Positions 38,577-52,043 are shown, counted from the whole stretch's first letter. The stretch: DNA of 60,672 bases, filler included, from Sluysia triapertura (GCA_046118255.1; 5 parts of 5 records of this genome joined end to end with filler, not necessarily neighbours in it); one strand, 5' to 3'. Program-made: numbers and translations. Notes: generated by a model from the sequence alone, not told the origin.

Positions 38577-41479
38577 TGATATTCAATCGTATGACTTTGA
38601 AATATAAAATCTTTGGTATTCAGATTGAAATAAATCTCAGCCGGTTGATAGTACATAAAAATGTAATGAGTACAATTTTAGAAGTACAACTCTAATAAAG
38701 TTTAGGCCATCAATACCTTACTCGGTGTTAAATACCATATATGAAGTAAAAAGAGCAAGCATTCCTAAATGTCTTCATTTTAGTAAGACTATTTTATTAA
38801 TGTAACTAAAATAATAATAATAAACTAATAATTTCAACAATGTTCTTAATCACTGACCCTGACAACTGTATACTCACGCCATCGAAAGCCTTTTTCTCAT
38901 AAACGCATATGTCTAGAGTTAATGTCAATAATACAATCTCCACTATGTCTTATTTTCAATCCATAATTTAAATACCGAACCATCTATAAAGTCATCTCAT
39001 AACATTGTTAAACCATTAACATTACAAAATTTTGCTAAGTCCACCATTAAATTTATCATTTTTAATTTTGATTCACTAAAATCTAGTTTTACTACATTAG
39101 TTAAATTTTCCATTATGAACTTAATATTTTCATCGTCTTGCAAATTTATGGACATGCGATTAGCTTCTTTCCTTCCAAATTTATTAACATCTGTTAAGGA
39201 TACTGATATGTCAATTCTCGAAGACAAATGATTAATTAGTTTTTTTCGTCTTATGACATCAGTAGTCAATATTTATTGATTTATTGACTAACTTTATGAC
39301 ATTTATTTATCTGAATTAATTATATTAACTTTATATATTTATTGATTACTTTGGAAATATTTTATTTGAATGTAAGAATTTTTATTTTAAATTTTATTCA
39401 TAATTTTATTAAAATTTTATATTATTCATAATTTTATTAAAATTTTCTTAATTTTTATTATTACGAACTAAAGTGGCTATTCTAATTTTGATTATTTGAA
39501 TATTTTAATTTAATATTTTATTTTAATCTGACCAAGGTCAGACTAAAACCAGTATATAAACATCAACTTTTTGCAATTATAAACACACTTAGCAACTCAA
39601 CAATACACAATTGACATACCAAAATTTTCGCAAGGTGTTTATAAATTATTGATAATTTGACGATATTAGATCCGCAATTTATTACAATCCTTCCAGACGT
39701 TATTAAATAAAGAATTTAAGATTTTGTTACGAATTAACTGAGAATATTTTTTTTATTTGGATAAAAGTTTTACTAGTAACTTTAGTTTGATTTTGTTAAG
39801 ATTGATATTTTTATCAAACGTAAAATAGACTTAATATCATTTATAACATTGGGATCATATAATGATCCATAGTAAAATATATTTTTTAAATTTTAATTAT
39901 TGATTTAACTAACTGAAACAGTTAGTTCGTGTAAATTTATTATTATTTATTATTGATCCCAATTTTGTATAGTTTAGACATAAAGTTTCCTTTTTGTCTG
40001 TGCTTAATTTACTAACTTACATAGTCTAAAAATCTGTTAAAATCTAACACTGCGATTCTTTTCGAAAAGCTAGAATTTAATTCTAGACACGCAAAATCTT
40101 TTTCAACGATTCCATATAATGGAATCCACGTAAAATTAATAAATAAGTTCACATTTTTATTTAAATATTTAGCTTCAAGATTTGCTAAGCAGTTTTCAAT
40201 TTAATTTGCCAAGAGCCTCAATTTATAAATCACTAAGGAATATTAAAACGATAAAAGACATAGAATTTACCTCCAAGTGGAATTGAATACTAAGGACTTT
40301 GTTATCATATTTTTCAAGACTTATTTTACAAGAAATCAAACGGCTGGCCCTAACTGGTAAGTCCAGTAGGTTGGTGAACTCACATATTTATCTCATTTTA
40401 TTCTATTTAACACAAAACTTTCACAGTAATATATTTCCAACTTTAAGTTGATATGACAAATTTTTTAGCGATTATTGTGCTATGGTTTTCTTAAATCTAA
40501 ACCAACAATAAAATAAAAAATTGAGTAGGGTCCGGTTACAGTAAACGACTTACTGCTTTATAGTTGGCGTTCCTGCAACTTAAAGTTCATAATCTTAATA
40601 TATTTATCCGAAAAATGTGTCTAATACGTTTCTAACTAAATGTAATATAATGTTCATTAATTTTTTTTAAAATTCTTAATAAAATGTTCATTTATTTAAT
40701 GTCTCAAATATTTATTCATTTTTAATTTAAAATTAATTGTTATTTTCAAAATAAAATTAAAATAATTATCACTGAGATTATAAAGCTCTTATATTAATTT
40801 AAAATGAGATTACGTAGAATTAATTTAAAATTTAAAATCAATTTTAAATTGAAATTGTATAAATAATCATTTTAAAATGAGATTCTACAAAGACAATATG
40901 AAATTAAAATTTATAAACATCAAACTTTATTATTATAGTCAAATTATTTTAAATTAAGAATTAATAACGTGAAATCAAAATTTGAGAACATAAAATCCGA
41001 TTAAAATTATCTTAAAAACATGATTTAGTAAAGTATAATATGCAAGTTAAAATTACATTAAATTGAGATCGAATAGAACTAGTATGTAATTAAAAATTAG
41101 TAACATTTTTTTGATCAAAATTAACTTAAATTAAAGATTTGATTGAATAGATAAAAGTTATCAGTAATCAAAATTTAAAAGCATTATTATTATCTTAAAT
41201 TAAAACCAAATGAAAATAGTATAAAATTAAAATTTGAATGTCATTAGCATATAAATCGGAAAGACTTACATACGTAGATTAGAAACAATATTGATTTAAT
41301 TAAAATTATATATTTAACCACTATTTACAGTTACATCAACTTACTGTTTATATTAAAATAATTACTGCATTAATGGAATTATATTAACAATTATAAACTA
41401 TTGGAATTATTATACGTAATATTAGAATTCTATTGGAATTATACTATAAAACACCATAAAAACCCACAAAAATTACTGA

Positions 41480-41755
41480 AAATAGATAAAATTTGGTGAT
41501 ATTATTGATCAGTAAACACTGTTAACAAATTCCACAAGGGTCATCCGAACATTATTGAACTTTTATATCAGAAAATTGATTAAATTTGGCAATATTATTG
41601 ACTGAGAAATACGACCCACGAGTTCCATAAGACTAATTCTATTTGAAAATAAAATTCGAAGATTGATTGAGTTTAGTAATATTATTGATTAGTGAATACT
41701 GTTAACGAACTCAACAAAAATGATCCTATTTTATAATAAACTTTGGTAAGTATTG
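41480..41755. repeat. Degenerate ~90-bp tandem repeat x3
   Basis: Recurrent TTTRGYRATATTATTGA at about 41492, 41585 and 41672. Confidence 0.65.
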
Positions 41756-42449
41756 TTTCCGGCATTAATTGATTAAATATAAAATTACAGATAAAATTTT
41801 ATTAATTTCATATATTTATATAAAGAATAGAAATAAAGAATCGTTTGTAAAATAATTTGACTTGTAAAATACTGTGTTAAACATTTTCACATATTTTTTG
41901 ACCTTAGAGCTACTGAGTGCACCATCAAACTGCATTAAAATATACAAAATAAAAAATTTCCTTTATTGAATAAAGTAAAATTTCATCAATAATATTAAAA
42001 CACGTACAAGAATTCTATACAAATTCTATAAAATGTAATATAACATTAATTTTTTCAGATAAGTATATAATTTAAAAACGAAATCAAATCTATAATCAAA
42101 ATTCAACGAACAACGATTTTATTACACAACTAAAAAGTATTCAAAAAGTTAAAAACCAAAAATCAAATAATTATTTTGAGGTTAAAACCCTTGTGAGATC
42201 TTTAATCTAATCTTCTCAGAGTTTAAGTTAAAATTTTCCCCTCAGTATATTGGGGTTCTTACAATAAAAGAAAATAGCAAACTTGAAATTTGTGTGCATT
42301 TTAATATTTTGATTATTAAAATCAAAATGCCATTAATAATAAAAAATTTACTTTTTCAAGGAATGAAATGAAAACTGGAACGAAATGAAAGCTTGAACGA
42401 ATCACCAAAATGTCGATTGAATTAAATCAAGGAGAAGAGAATTTCCGAT

Positions 42450-42750
42450 TTCAAAATGGCGGAACAAAGCACATAAAGTTGTAACACTGTATAATCGTAA
42501 AATTATAAAGTGAAAATTGTAGCTAAATCCAAAATGGCGATTAAGCAATGGCCACTAAATTAAACTGATGCTAGTTTATATACTAGTCAGGAGGAATCGA
42601 TGGAATGTTCTAGAACATTTTAGAAACTTCAATTCTATTTTTAGAAGTGGAATTTCTTTTTTCGAAAAAAATTTCTTTTTTGGAAAATAAATATATTTAA
42701 AGTGATTTAAAAGTTTTAAAAGATTTTAAAATGATTTTAGAGTGTTTTGA
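42450..42750 (-). repeat. Dispersed repeat family B, inverted copy
   Basis: AATCGATGGAATGTTCTAGAACATTTTAGAAACTTC mirrors 26918-26966. Confidence 0.7.
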
Positions 42751-43807
42751 CAACCTAACAATTGTATAACTTGTTTTTTTAGCGGTAATATTTTCTTCTT
42801 AACTTAAGTCTAATAATTTATTAAATGATTCTTCAAGCAAATCTTGAAATAGTTCTCTTTTTCATCACCATTAATTGCTAGCATTATTTTTTGTAAGCTA
42901 CAAGTTTTTTTTCCATGAATTAATTCAAGAAATTATACATTTTAGCTAAATAAGGTGAAGACATTGAAAAATTGAAGTTTTAACCTATTCTTTGGTCTTC
43001 ATTTCTGATTCGTGATTTAGTTTATTCTTTGATTGTTATTTGTAAAGTTAATGTATATAGCTGTTAGGAATGTGATTAAAACTTATAATTAAATTTGAAA
43101 AGCATTTCAGTGAGATGAATAAGATATTTGAGGATCAACTGATTGTTTAAGAAATTTAATTATGGAATATGTTTAATGGTTACGTTGTGATAAATTACTG
43201 TTAATAAATGTATGTTCATTTTTCTATATTACCAATATGTATATTCTGAAATGTAATGTTATTAATGTTTTTTCGGTAGTTAAAATCGTTTGAAGAAGAA
43301 CGTTGTAAATTGTTACTAGTGAAAATCTTGTAAAATAGGGATTCTGAATGAAGTAGTATAAAACTCTTTATGATTGTATTTCGTTGTTGATATTAATGTT
43401 GTTGGCGACGAAAATCTTATCGTATGTAGAAAGATTAACAAATATTAGTTTTTGAAGTGCTGAGTAAGATATGTGGAATATTTATGGTATAAATCAGTTC
43501 CGCTTTTTTAGGTTTGATTCTGATTTATTGGAAGTTGTTGGACAAATTTTTATCTGAACTGATGAAAAGTGAATTTTCTATTAATTGTTTGAGGTATATA
43601 TCTTATCTTTTTGGTGAAGTTTGGAAGGGATTTTGTAAGTCGTATATTAAGAGTATGTATAATGAACTAGTATTAAAAGTATAATGTGCATAATTGTAAA
43701 ATATGAATTGTTTTATGCTTGATATTATGTTTATTATGTATTTATTATGAGTATTTATATGAATGGCAAACTTGGTGAGGTTTTCAGCTAGAAAATTCAT
43801 GGTAAAT

Positions 43808-43900
43808 GATTTGCTTTAAGCGCTTTTGAGTACTTACGCAGTAGATATGAGCTCAGTATAAATTAATATTTTATTATTATTATTATTACTATTATTATTA
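43808..43900 (+). mobile_element. L2-type LINE/SINE 3' tail (stem-loop and (TAT)n)
   Basis: AAGCGCTTTTGAG-TACT..AGTA-GA...TATAAAT followed by (TAT)n, resembling the L2-clade 3' end. Confidence 0.6.
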
Positions 43901-44512
43901 TTTTTTTATTTGAATAACATATTTACTTTTACAAATAATTATAATTTCTGTTTAACTTTTTAAACTATAGGCAAAAATTTGAACATATGAATAAATAAAT
44001 GTTTTTATAAGTTTAATCAAAAATGACAAAGTTATTTAAAATAAAATGCGATAAATTTGAGCTATTTTTTGCTTAATTTGACACAATTATGTCAGGAAAT
44101 ATATCTATACAAATTAATTTGAATACCGTTGTATGTAAGAGCGGTTACTCTGAGTTATTAATCCCCGACCAACAATATGTTTTATTATTTATTAATTTTT
44201 GATTATGCTAATTAGTAAATATTAGAATGTATAATAATTACATAAAGTACATAAAGTACATTACATCAAATGACGAATATTTGTTTGTTTAGTCAAATTT
44301 TCAGATTTTATCTAATAGAATTATTATTGATTCCGCATTATATTCATGAGTCCTAATAGAAATAATAAAAATAATTTTTAATTATACAGTAATATCAATT
44401 TGAATATACTACTTTTATTAAATTGAATAGTTATCCAATCATAATTTTATTTAAAAAAACAATATCGAAACATTTTTTTGTTATAAATTTCATTTTTATT
44501 ATTTTAATCAAT

Positions 44513-44733
44513 ATGATTTATTGTCTTATAATTTTGTTTGTAATTGTGCAATATTGCAATGCAGAATCATATTTGTTGACATTTAATGGAATTAACTATG
44601 TGTTTAATAGTTATGGTGAAAAATGGCACAGTGGATGTTCTACAACGTGCATAAATAATGGTACCAATATTCTACCATATAATAATCCATTTCCTGCGGC
44701 AGTTCTGTGGAATGAATTTGTAAAATACGAACT
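44513..44733 (+). CDS. Secreted C-type-lectin-like protein, coding exon 1
   Basis: Signal peptide MIYCLIILFVIVQYCNA, then FNGINYVF..KWHSGCSTTCINNGTNI (CTLD N-half pattern). GT donor at 44734, phase 2. Confidence 0.7.
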
Positions 44734-45489
44734 GTAATGTTTAATAAATAATAATATTTATTTTAACAAAATTTTCAGCAATACAATGTTTTCATACATA
44801 TAATTTTAGAGTGTAATCAATTTCTTTTGTTTTAATACTCATTTTAATTTATCTAACGAGATATGAATACTCAGAGGTGCTTAGCAGGGATCATTCAAGT
44901 TATTTCCAAAAAATATTCCAGTTGTTTGATATTTTCTGGTAGTTGCTTGTACATTTTGAAATACAAACGATGTAAAACCTATCATTTATTTTATTGCTAA
45001 ATGTTATCTTTTTAGTTTCTGCATTTTTATTGTCTTCCTGGACTTCAAAAATGGAAACATTTTTAGTCTACTATAGTGATTTCGAATTAAATGCTTACTT
45101 TTATTAGTAACCAATGTAATTCTTTAAAATGAGACACTAATTACAATCTTCGAATAACTTTTTTTATGGAAGTCCGTGCAATAACTATTTGAAAATCTTT
45201 AATAATAAATTTTCAAAAATTTTAATTAATATTTTCTTCCATATTCTTTTCCGAATCTATATAGCATTCTACATTCATTAGTGTTGTTTGAAGAAGAAAT
45301 TATTAAGAAATTGACAACATTTATAGTATTGAAAATCTATCTAAGCATTATCTGCATTATACTGAATGTAAAATTCTGGTTTTTAAAGATTTACATCTCA
45401 TTGGATAGATTGATAACCATTTTATATATTTTATATTTTTTAAAATTATATTTAAATATAATTATATATATCATTGTATTAAAGTTTTA

Positions 45490-46240
45490 TTTTATTTTAC
45501 CCCATTTTTTAAATTCAGTGGCACATTATTTTAATGAAATCAGCACAATGTCTGAGTTAAATCATTGTTCTCTTTCTCAAAAGTAATACGTGATTTATTT
45601 AAAATATTTAGTGACAAAAATCTATTAATTTCCATTATAAAAAGATGGCTCAAAGAATTTTAGAATGCAAAACGATCCGGAGAACAAAGCTAAATTTATG
45701 AAAATGATAGCGAAAATTTGATAAATTATTAAAAATGAAGAAAACCATGACAATAAAGCGTACAACATGTTTAAACTTGAAGAAGAGAAATACAAATATT
45801 ATTAAGTAAAAATGGTATCAGATAACTGAATTTCACACTTTCTAATAGCAGAATTACAAAAAACTCGTTTGAAAATTTGTTAGAAAATTTTCGATTACTT
45901 AGTGTATTAGAGAGAATTTATTGGATAATATAGTGACCATGGTTCACAATTGTGTTTCTATGTACATTCTTGAATCAAGAATGTTGCGCGAAGAATGAAC
46001 AAATAAGACGAACTGTTCTATAACTAGGGACTCAAACATATTGCAAGAATTTGTGTTTGATTTGCTTTGTTTTGATTTATGTAGTGAGTTCCTTACAATC
46101 TTAGTCTTACTCATTAAGGACTAAGTTGTAAGTAGCAATAAAGAAGAGTTAATTGCAGGTAAATAAAATACAAACGTTAGTAATTTAAGTAGAACTAATT
46201 GGAACAATTTGATGATATTGGAAAAAGAATGATATTTGTA
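45490..46240 (+). pseudogene. mariner (DD34D) transposase remnant in the lectin-gene intron
   Basis: IIKRWLKEF..KRSG, KMVSDN*ISH (cf. KxxARWVPH), LLDNIVTMVHNCVSMYILESR (cf. FLxRIVTxDETW+xxYxPE+K). Confidence 0.6.
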
Positions 46241-46559
46241 TATAAAATTGTACAAAAAATTCGTTGTATATTTATGTAAGATTACTGTAGCTTTTATAGC
46301 TGCCAGGATGTCCTTGAAATTTAATATATTTAAAAAATTGTAAAGAATTAAATTATTTAAAATAATTTTTTATGAAAAATAATAATATTAATGCCATATT
46401 TAACAATTCAATTAAATTCAATTTATTTTTAGATATGTTTGTTTGTTTTATGTATTATATTCAATTTATTTTTAGAAAATCAATATAATTTGTACAAAAT
46501 ATACAATCTACTTTTTAGACATAAACTATTATTAACAATATTTATTGAAATATAAATCG

Positions 46560-46890
46560 ATTTAAATTGACCTATGATACTTGTTGACTCTCTGGCGTAT
46601 GATTTTAAAGCAAGCCTTGAGTACTACTCATACTTTGTTCCATAAGTCAGAACATGCATCTTATCAGAAAATGAACTTACTGAGACTCCAACCAAGGCCT
46701 TCTCTCTATGCAGTTCTGTACTCCAACCAGTGTAACAGTCTATTAATACAAGTCAATTATATAATCTTTTACACATGCATTTTACGGATCTTTTTCAGGA
46801 TCATTATGATAAATTTCGGAATTTTTATCCTTCGCGATCACAAATTAATTGATTTTCTTCACATTCAACAAGATTTTCTTAAATAGAGAA
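46560..46890 (-). pseudogene. Ty3/gypsy RT-connection/RNase H remnant
   Basis: KDYIIDLY..DCYTGWSTELH (cf. TDASxxG+GAxL) and EKALVGVSVSSF..LTYGTKY (cf. ExLA++..F..YLxGxxF). Confidence 0.45.
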
Positions 46891-46903
46891 TTATAGGGAT
46901 TCC

Positions 46904-46975
46904 TACTGAGCTATCAGTCCTGCCTAACAATGTATTTTTTATTATATTTAAATGATCAAATGACACTTTGTCCTA
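46904..46975 (-). mobile_element. Truncated tRNA-LTR family copy (5' half)
   Basis: ACTGAGCTATCAGTCCTGCCTAACAA...CACTTTGTCCTA. Confidence 0.75.
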
Positions 46976-47153
46976 CGTAATATTCAGAAAGTAAGACAAT
47001 TTCTGTCATTTTCGAAAGGCAGTTGATCGTTTTGTCTATATAATTCAGGAGTAGGCAACCCAGAAAGGCAAAGTTTAAATACATTAAGTTAGGATCTGCA
47101 AAATGTGAATTCGCTCAAGTGTATTTTCGCAGGTTTTAAATATTTTGCATACA

Positions 47154-47154
<1 letters not shown>

Positions 47155-47186
<32 letters not shown>
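47155..47186. repeat. (ATT)n microsatellite
   Basis: Direct inspection. Confidence 0.9.
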
Positions 47187-47444
47187 CTTATTATAAAATT
47201 TAAATAAAAGTTGCTACTAAATAATACTTTTTGGACTGTGTGGATTCCTAAAGATATTTTTTTTACAAGAAAAAAAATAAATTTAAAATATTTCTTTTGA
47301 TTTAACTCTAAAATGACTTTCAAATCACATAAAACACAACTGTAAATATTTAGTTACAAAAGGAACATAATTTGCATTTACATTTAAATTTTATTTTAAC
47401 AAATATTTTAATCACATTGTTTTAATTGAAATATATAATTATAG

Positions 47445-47614
47445 ATCAAGTATGTGGATAGCAGAAACGTCGTATAATAAATTAATAACACGACCGTTGG
47501 TGGATGTTACTAATAATAATCAAAATTTTTGTTTCTATTGGTTTAGCAGGTATGAATTATCACAAGAAAAATGTGATAAACCTAAATTATGCTTATGCAC
47601 TAATTTAACAACAG
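47445..47614 (+). CDS. Secreted C-type-lectin-like protein, coding exon 2
   Basis: AG acceptor at 47443-47444 restores the frame (CT|A = Leu). SSMWIAE..NNQNFCFYW..EKCDKPKLCLC fits the CTLD WIG motif and C-terminal cysteines. GTGAGT donor at 47615. Confidence 0.7.
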
Positions 47615-47719
47615 GTGAGTTCAATTTTGTTACAAAATACAAAGAAAAAAGAAAAATAATTTATCACATCAATTTAAGATTAATAAAATATTAAATTAAT
47701 TATTTAAAGTATATTATTA

Positions 47720-47819
47720 NNNNNNNNNNNNNNNNNNNNNNNNNNNNNNNNNNNNNNNNNNNNTTAATTAATTAANNNNNNNNNNNNNNNNNNNNNNNNN
47801 NNNNNNNNNNNNNNNNNNN
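47720..47819. other. Assembly gap with artificial spacer
   Basis: N44-TTAATTAATTAA-N44. Confidence 0.97.
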
Positions 47820-47875
47820 AAAAGACAAAGAATATAGCATTCTTTTAACCTTTAGTTATTATTTGACAAAGCTTT

Positions 47876-47980
47876 AAAATCCTACGTGAACGTCCTTATA
47901 GGTAAACCGTTTAGCGTAGGCGGACTCAACTTAAAATTTATTTATTTTTATAATTGTTCGAGCAGTAAGAAAACCGAACA
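47876..47980 (+). repeat. GC-rich structured repeat, direct copy at 50333-50435
   Basis: CCTACG..GTCC..CGTAGGCGGAC..TAATTGTT..CGAACA in both copies. Confidence 0.75.
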
Positions 47981-49440
47981 TATATATTATAAAATATAAA
48001 ATACATATTATAAAAATTATATTATACCAAAATTTGATATTTGGTTTTATTTAATTTTTACAAAACAAATTAAGTGTGACAACTTATACACCATGTTTTC
48101 TTTTATTGGTCTTTCAAATTAAGCACATTCTTAATTGTAAATAATAAAATTTTTTGGAAAATAAAATGTTTAAGTTTGGTAATAAATCAAATAATATAAA
48201 TTCAAAAAAATATTGTAATTAAAATAAAATGATTTTGATTAAAATATTTGATATCTTAATAATAAATCATTTATATGGCAATATCGGGGTAACATCAATA
48301 ACTATATCCAGTAAGTAGAGTGGGCGATATTTTAACGAGTAACACTTTTATATAATTGAGAAATAAACACGAAACTTGAAAAAAAATAACTTCAAAAAAC
48401 ATAAACAATTTTAATTATTGCGAAAATATTAAATTTAATAAATAAAAACGAGTATATGATTATTGTGAAAATATTAAATTTAATAAAAATAGGCTTTGAG
48501 AATATAAATTAACTTTCTCAAGTTACATAATAATTGATTGTTAAAAATTTTTAAATTAATTTACGTACTAATTCTAAGACAATAGTGACGTTTTAGATAT
48601 GTTTTTATGAATTTGACATTATTTCAAATTGAAACCAATAAACTTAATAATTAGGAGTTATTGGATTTTTTAATACTAATCACTTATACCTGTAGCAATA
48701 AAAATTAAATTAATAATAATTTTAAATTAAGTAAATACAAATTTCATTTTTGAACTGACTTATAAGACAATGATTACACATCTACTAATCCAGATTTCAC
48801 AAATTCGTTCACAATAAATACAACTATGATTCACGAAGAGATAAAATAGATCGAATTATATTTCATTTTTATTAATATACTGAAAATAATTACTTTCATT
48901 ATTATAACTTATGTACGAATACAAAAAAATTTACACTTCAAAATCACCAATAATGTATAAATCGTAAAACTGCACTTTCATTTAATTATTAATTAATTAT
49001 TATGTAAATTAAATAAATTAAATAATTATTTATGTAGCAAAAACCGAACTTTAATCTAATAAGAAAATTTAAATATGGCAATAAAATTTCATATGTTTAT
49101 TAGGTCTCATTCTTATTTTCTTTTTTGGGAAAATAATTTTCTTTTTTAGAAAATAATTTCTTTTTTGGAAAATACTAGTTTTTTGACTAATTTTTAATTA
49201 ATTTTATGATATTTTTATAATTTTAAATGATTATTTATTGATTTTAATTAAGTAAAACATGTTATTATGTTGTCCTAAAGTTAATTTGTAGGGTTGTGAT
49301 GGCAACCTAACCAAATTATCATTTATAAATATTCATGAATTATCGCTGCACGTTAAGTTCACTGTATAAAGCAAGTAATAATGATAAATTCTCACAAGAA
49401 AACTTATTGTAAATTTTAGGAGAATTTTAAGACGTGTTTG

Positions 49441-49542
49441 AATTAAAGTGTTTTGAATCGTCAGTAATTTGCTGGATTAAAAAGTGTTTTGAATCGCCAA
49501 TAACTTATGTATTAAAGTGTTTTTGAATCGTCAATAATTTGT
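49441..49542. repeat. ~35-bp tandem repeat x3 (ATTAAAGTGTTTTGAATCGTCAATAA)
   Basis: Direct inspection. Confidence 0.85.
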
Positions 49543-52000
49543 CTCACGAAATCAGTTTTTTATCGAAGGTCCAAGTGAGGTAATAATTTCTTTTAAGTTG
49601 TGCTTTGATACTGATGGCCATAAAATAATACTTAAACTCTATCACAATACACCGAAGAATAATTCCTGGGTTAAATATTCTCTAAATAATTTTATACATA
49701 TTCAGAAGAGAAATCTTCAAGGAATTGTAACGTGCATATATATTATTATTATTAAATGTTTTGTACTATTTTTAAAGTAATTTTTATAATCGAATTTTGT
49801 TTAATACATATATAGTTGTTCAAGTTGAGTTTTATTTTAAAGGAGAAACAAAATTTTGGTAAGTTAAAGGAAATATAAATCAGAGCATTTTGAAACCTTT
49901 AAAGCGCACTTAGAGTTGCCCAAAATAACTGTTTGATAAATCGTATATTGTTTAAGTCTATACGTAAATTATTAACGAATAGAACGTTTCATTAAACGAT
50001 AATCATTATCGCAGACGCATATTTTTTGACGAGTAAGGATAAGATAAAACATTTGTATTTCTAAAGATATTAGTTATTCTGTAGCTACGTCTACTGCACG
50101 TTTTAAATCGTAGACTACAGATGAACCCGTTTAAAATTTTATAATTGTTATAAAATATTTTTTTAAAAAAAAATTATAACAATTGTTAGGGATTAAATTG
50201 TAAAATTTTGTGAGATAAACGTTGGAATACAATACGAAAAAGAATTTAAAATAATAAAGGAGTTTATATAGAACTTTTAACCGTTAAGGAAGTGACCCTC
50301 TTTGATAATTCTTTCTTTAAAAAAGGAAAATAAAAATCCTACGAACACGTCCTTTTAAGGCAAATGGCATTACGTAGGCGGACCCATTTCTGTTTTAAAC
50401 TTTCATAATTGTTTCAAGCTAGAGAAAGCGAACATTACTAAACTTATTCTTAATACCAATAACAATGATTTTGTTTCCCAACTATTTTAAAGATTTTAAA
50501 CACTTTATAAAATTACTCGAAGATCTTAGATGCTTATCAAGGTTTTAGGAACACTTAAAGGTTAACAAGGTCTCAGATGATCTCATTATTCCCAAGCCCA
50601 AAGGCACTCCAATACCTTTAAGTCCATTTCAAGCTTCACAAGGTCCAACATCCCATATAGGTATTGGAAACTCTAAGGTATTATTCAGCTGTTAACAATA
50701 CCATAAATGCTTCAATTTTTACGACTCTCATTTCAAAGCTGCTTACAACGCTCATTCCATCACTTGAAATAAGTTCTCTCTTCATTTTATAGTTCTATAT
50801 GTTTCTCAGGTATTTTCTGATACACAGTTGGGCAATCCCAACAGTATTACGTATTAAATTAATAAATTTAAAGATATAAGTTCATACAAAATTGACATAA
50901 AATGATTTACGAAGTTTTGATTACATGGTATATATCACTGTCACAGTTACTAGCATGCCTCTTGCACGTTTCAAGCCGCACACTGAACCGAACTCGTAAA
51001 TTTTATTTTGCTGCAAGTTATATTTTGAGGGAATTAACAAACAAGTGTTTCATCTCATTTCTTGGATAAAACAATTAATTTAATTCGTAAAATATTCGAA
51101 TATTCCCATAATTTAAAAATAAAAACAAATTGGTGTTCTTTTAGTAACATTCATCAAAATTTCAAATTTTATAATTTTTCATCATTACATTTAAAGCCTT
51201 GTTATTTTGATTTACAACAGAAAGAGGAAATACTTATGCTGCAACACTCCATTGAAAAGAGATGGGTTTTTAATCAACTTTTATTATTTTATTGATATTT
51301 ATCGACTTTTTGAGTTTTATTTTATGAAACAGTAACATTGCAACAAAACGAAATATTACTATTTTATACGATTTTTTACACGCAGTGTAAAATAAGCGTA
51401 ACTTGAACATTCTGTTACACTTAATCACAACAATTTTGACTAATTTAAATTTTCGAACTGTTTTATAAAGGCGTCAAATTAATGCTAGTTCACATTATGT
51501 ATTATATAAATCTATTGTGCTAAAATTTTACTTTACGATAGAATATTTTAAAATATAAAATTTAGAAAAGTTGTAAAAAACATCAAATTATGTATTTAAT
51601 ATATTAAATTATACTGTATGGATCTTCTTCTTCTCTAAGATAAATGAATATTAAATAAATAAATTTACAATGTTAGTCTTGCTTTTTTAATTTTGTTTTC
51701 TTTTTTGGTTTTAAAATATCTTCTACAACCCTTTATTAATGTTCTCAATATAAGTGTCAGCAATATGCATATCAGAATAAGAACTAATCCTTGCATAATT
51801 AATGATAAATAAAATAAAACTGGATATTGTTTTTGTATATGTGCTAATTTTTCTATTATATCCTAAAATAATTTTATAAGTAATTTAAAATTTACCATTA
51901 TTAATAATTGAGTTAACTTAATTGTTTAATTGCAATATATACGATAATTAATTTCCTTAAATATTTAATTTCTTAAGTATATTAATGAAGAAATAATCTT

Positions 52001-52002
<2 letters not shown>

Positions 52003-52040
<38 letters not shown>
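52003..52040. repeat. (TA)n microsatellite
   Basis: Direct inspection. Confidence 0.95.

Positions 52041-52043
<3 letters not shown>

Noticed and set aside
38049-38656. ORFs of 131 and 88 aa (also 16963-17166 and 60003-60218)
   Set aside because: They run into tRNA-LTR sequence (shared VRLRKMD / PGIEPGT text) and show no domain.
43050-43800. Possible parvoviral capsid fragments
   Set aside because: Similarity too vague to support by eye.
49441-49542. CRISPR-like repeat spacing (also 41480-41755)
   Set aside because: Degenerate tandem units without unique spacers, in eukaryotic DNA with no cas genes.
51670-51870. Cys-containing stretch (NPCII..GYCFCIC) as a further lectin exon or paralog
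   Set aside because: In-frame stops and no convincing splice sites.
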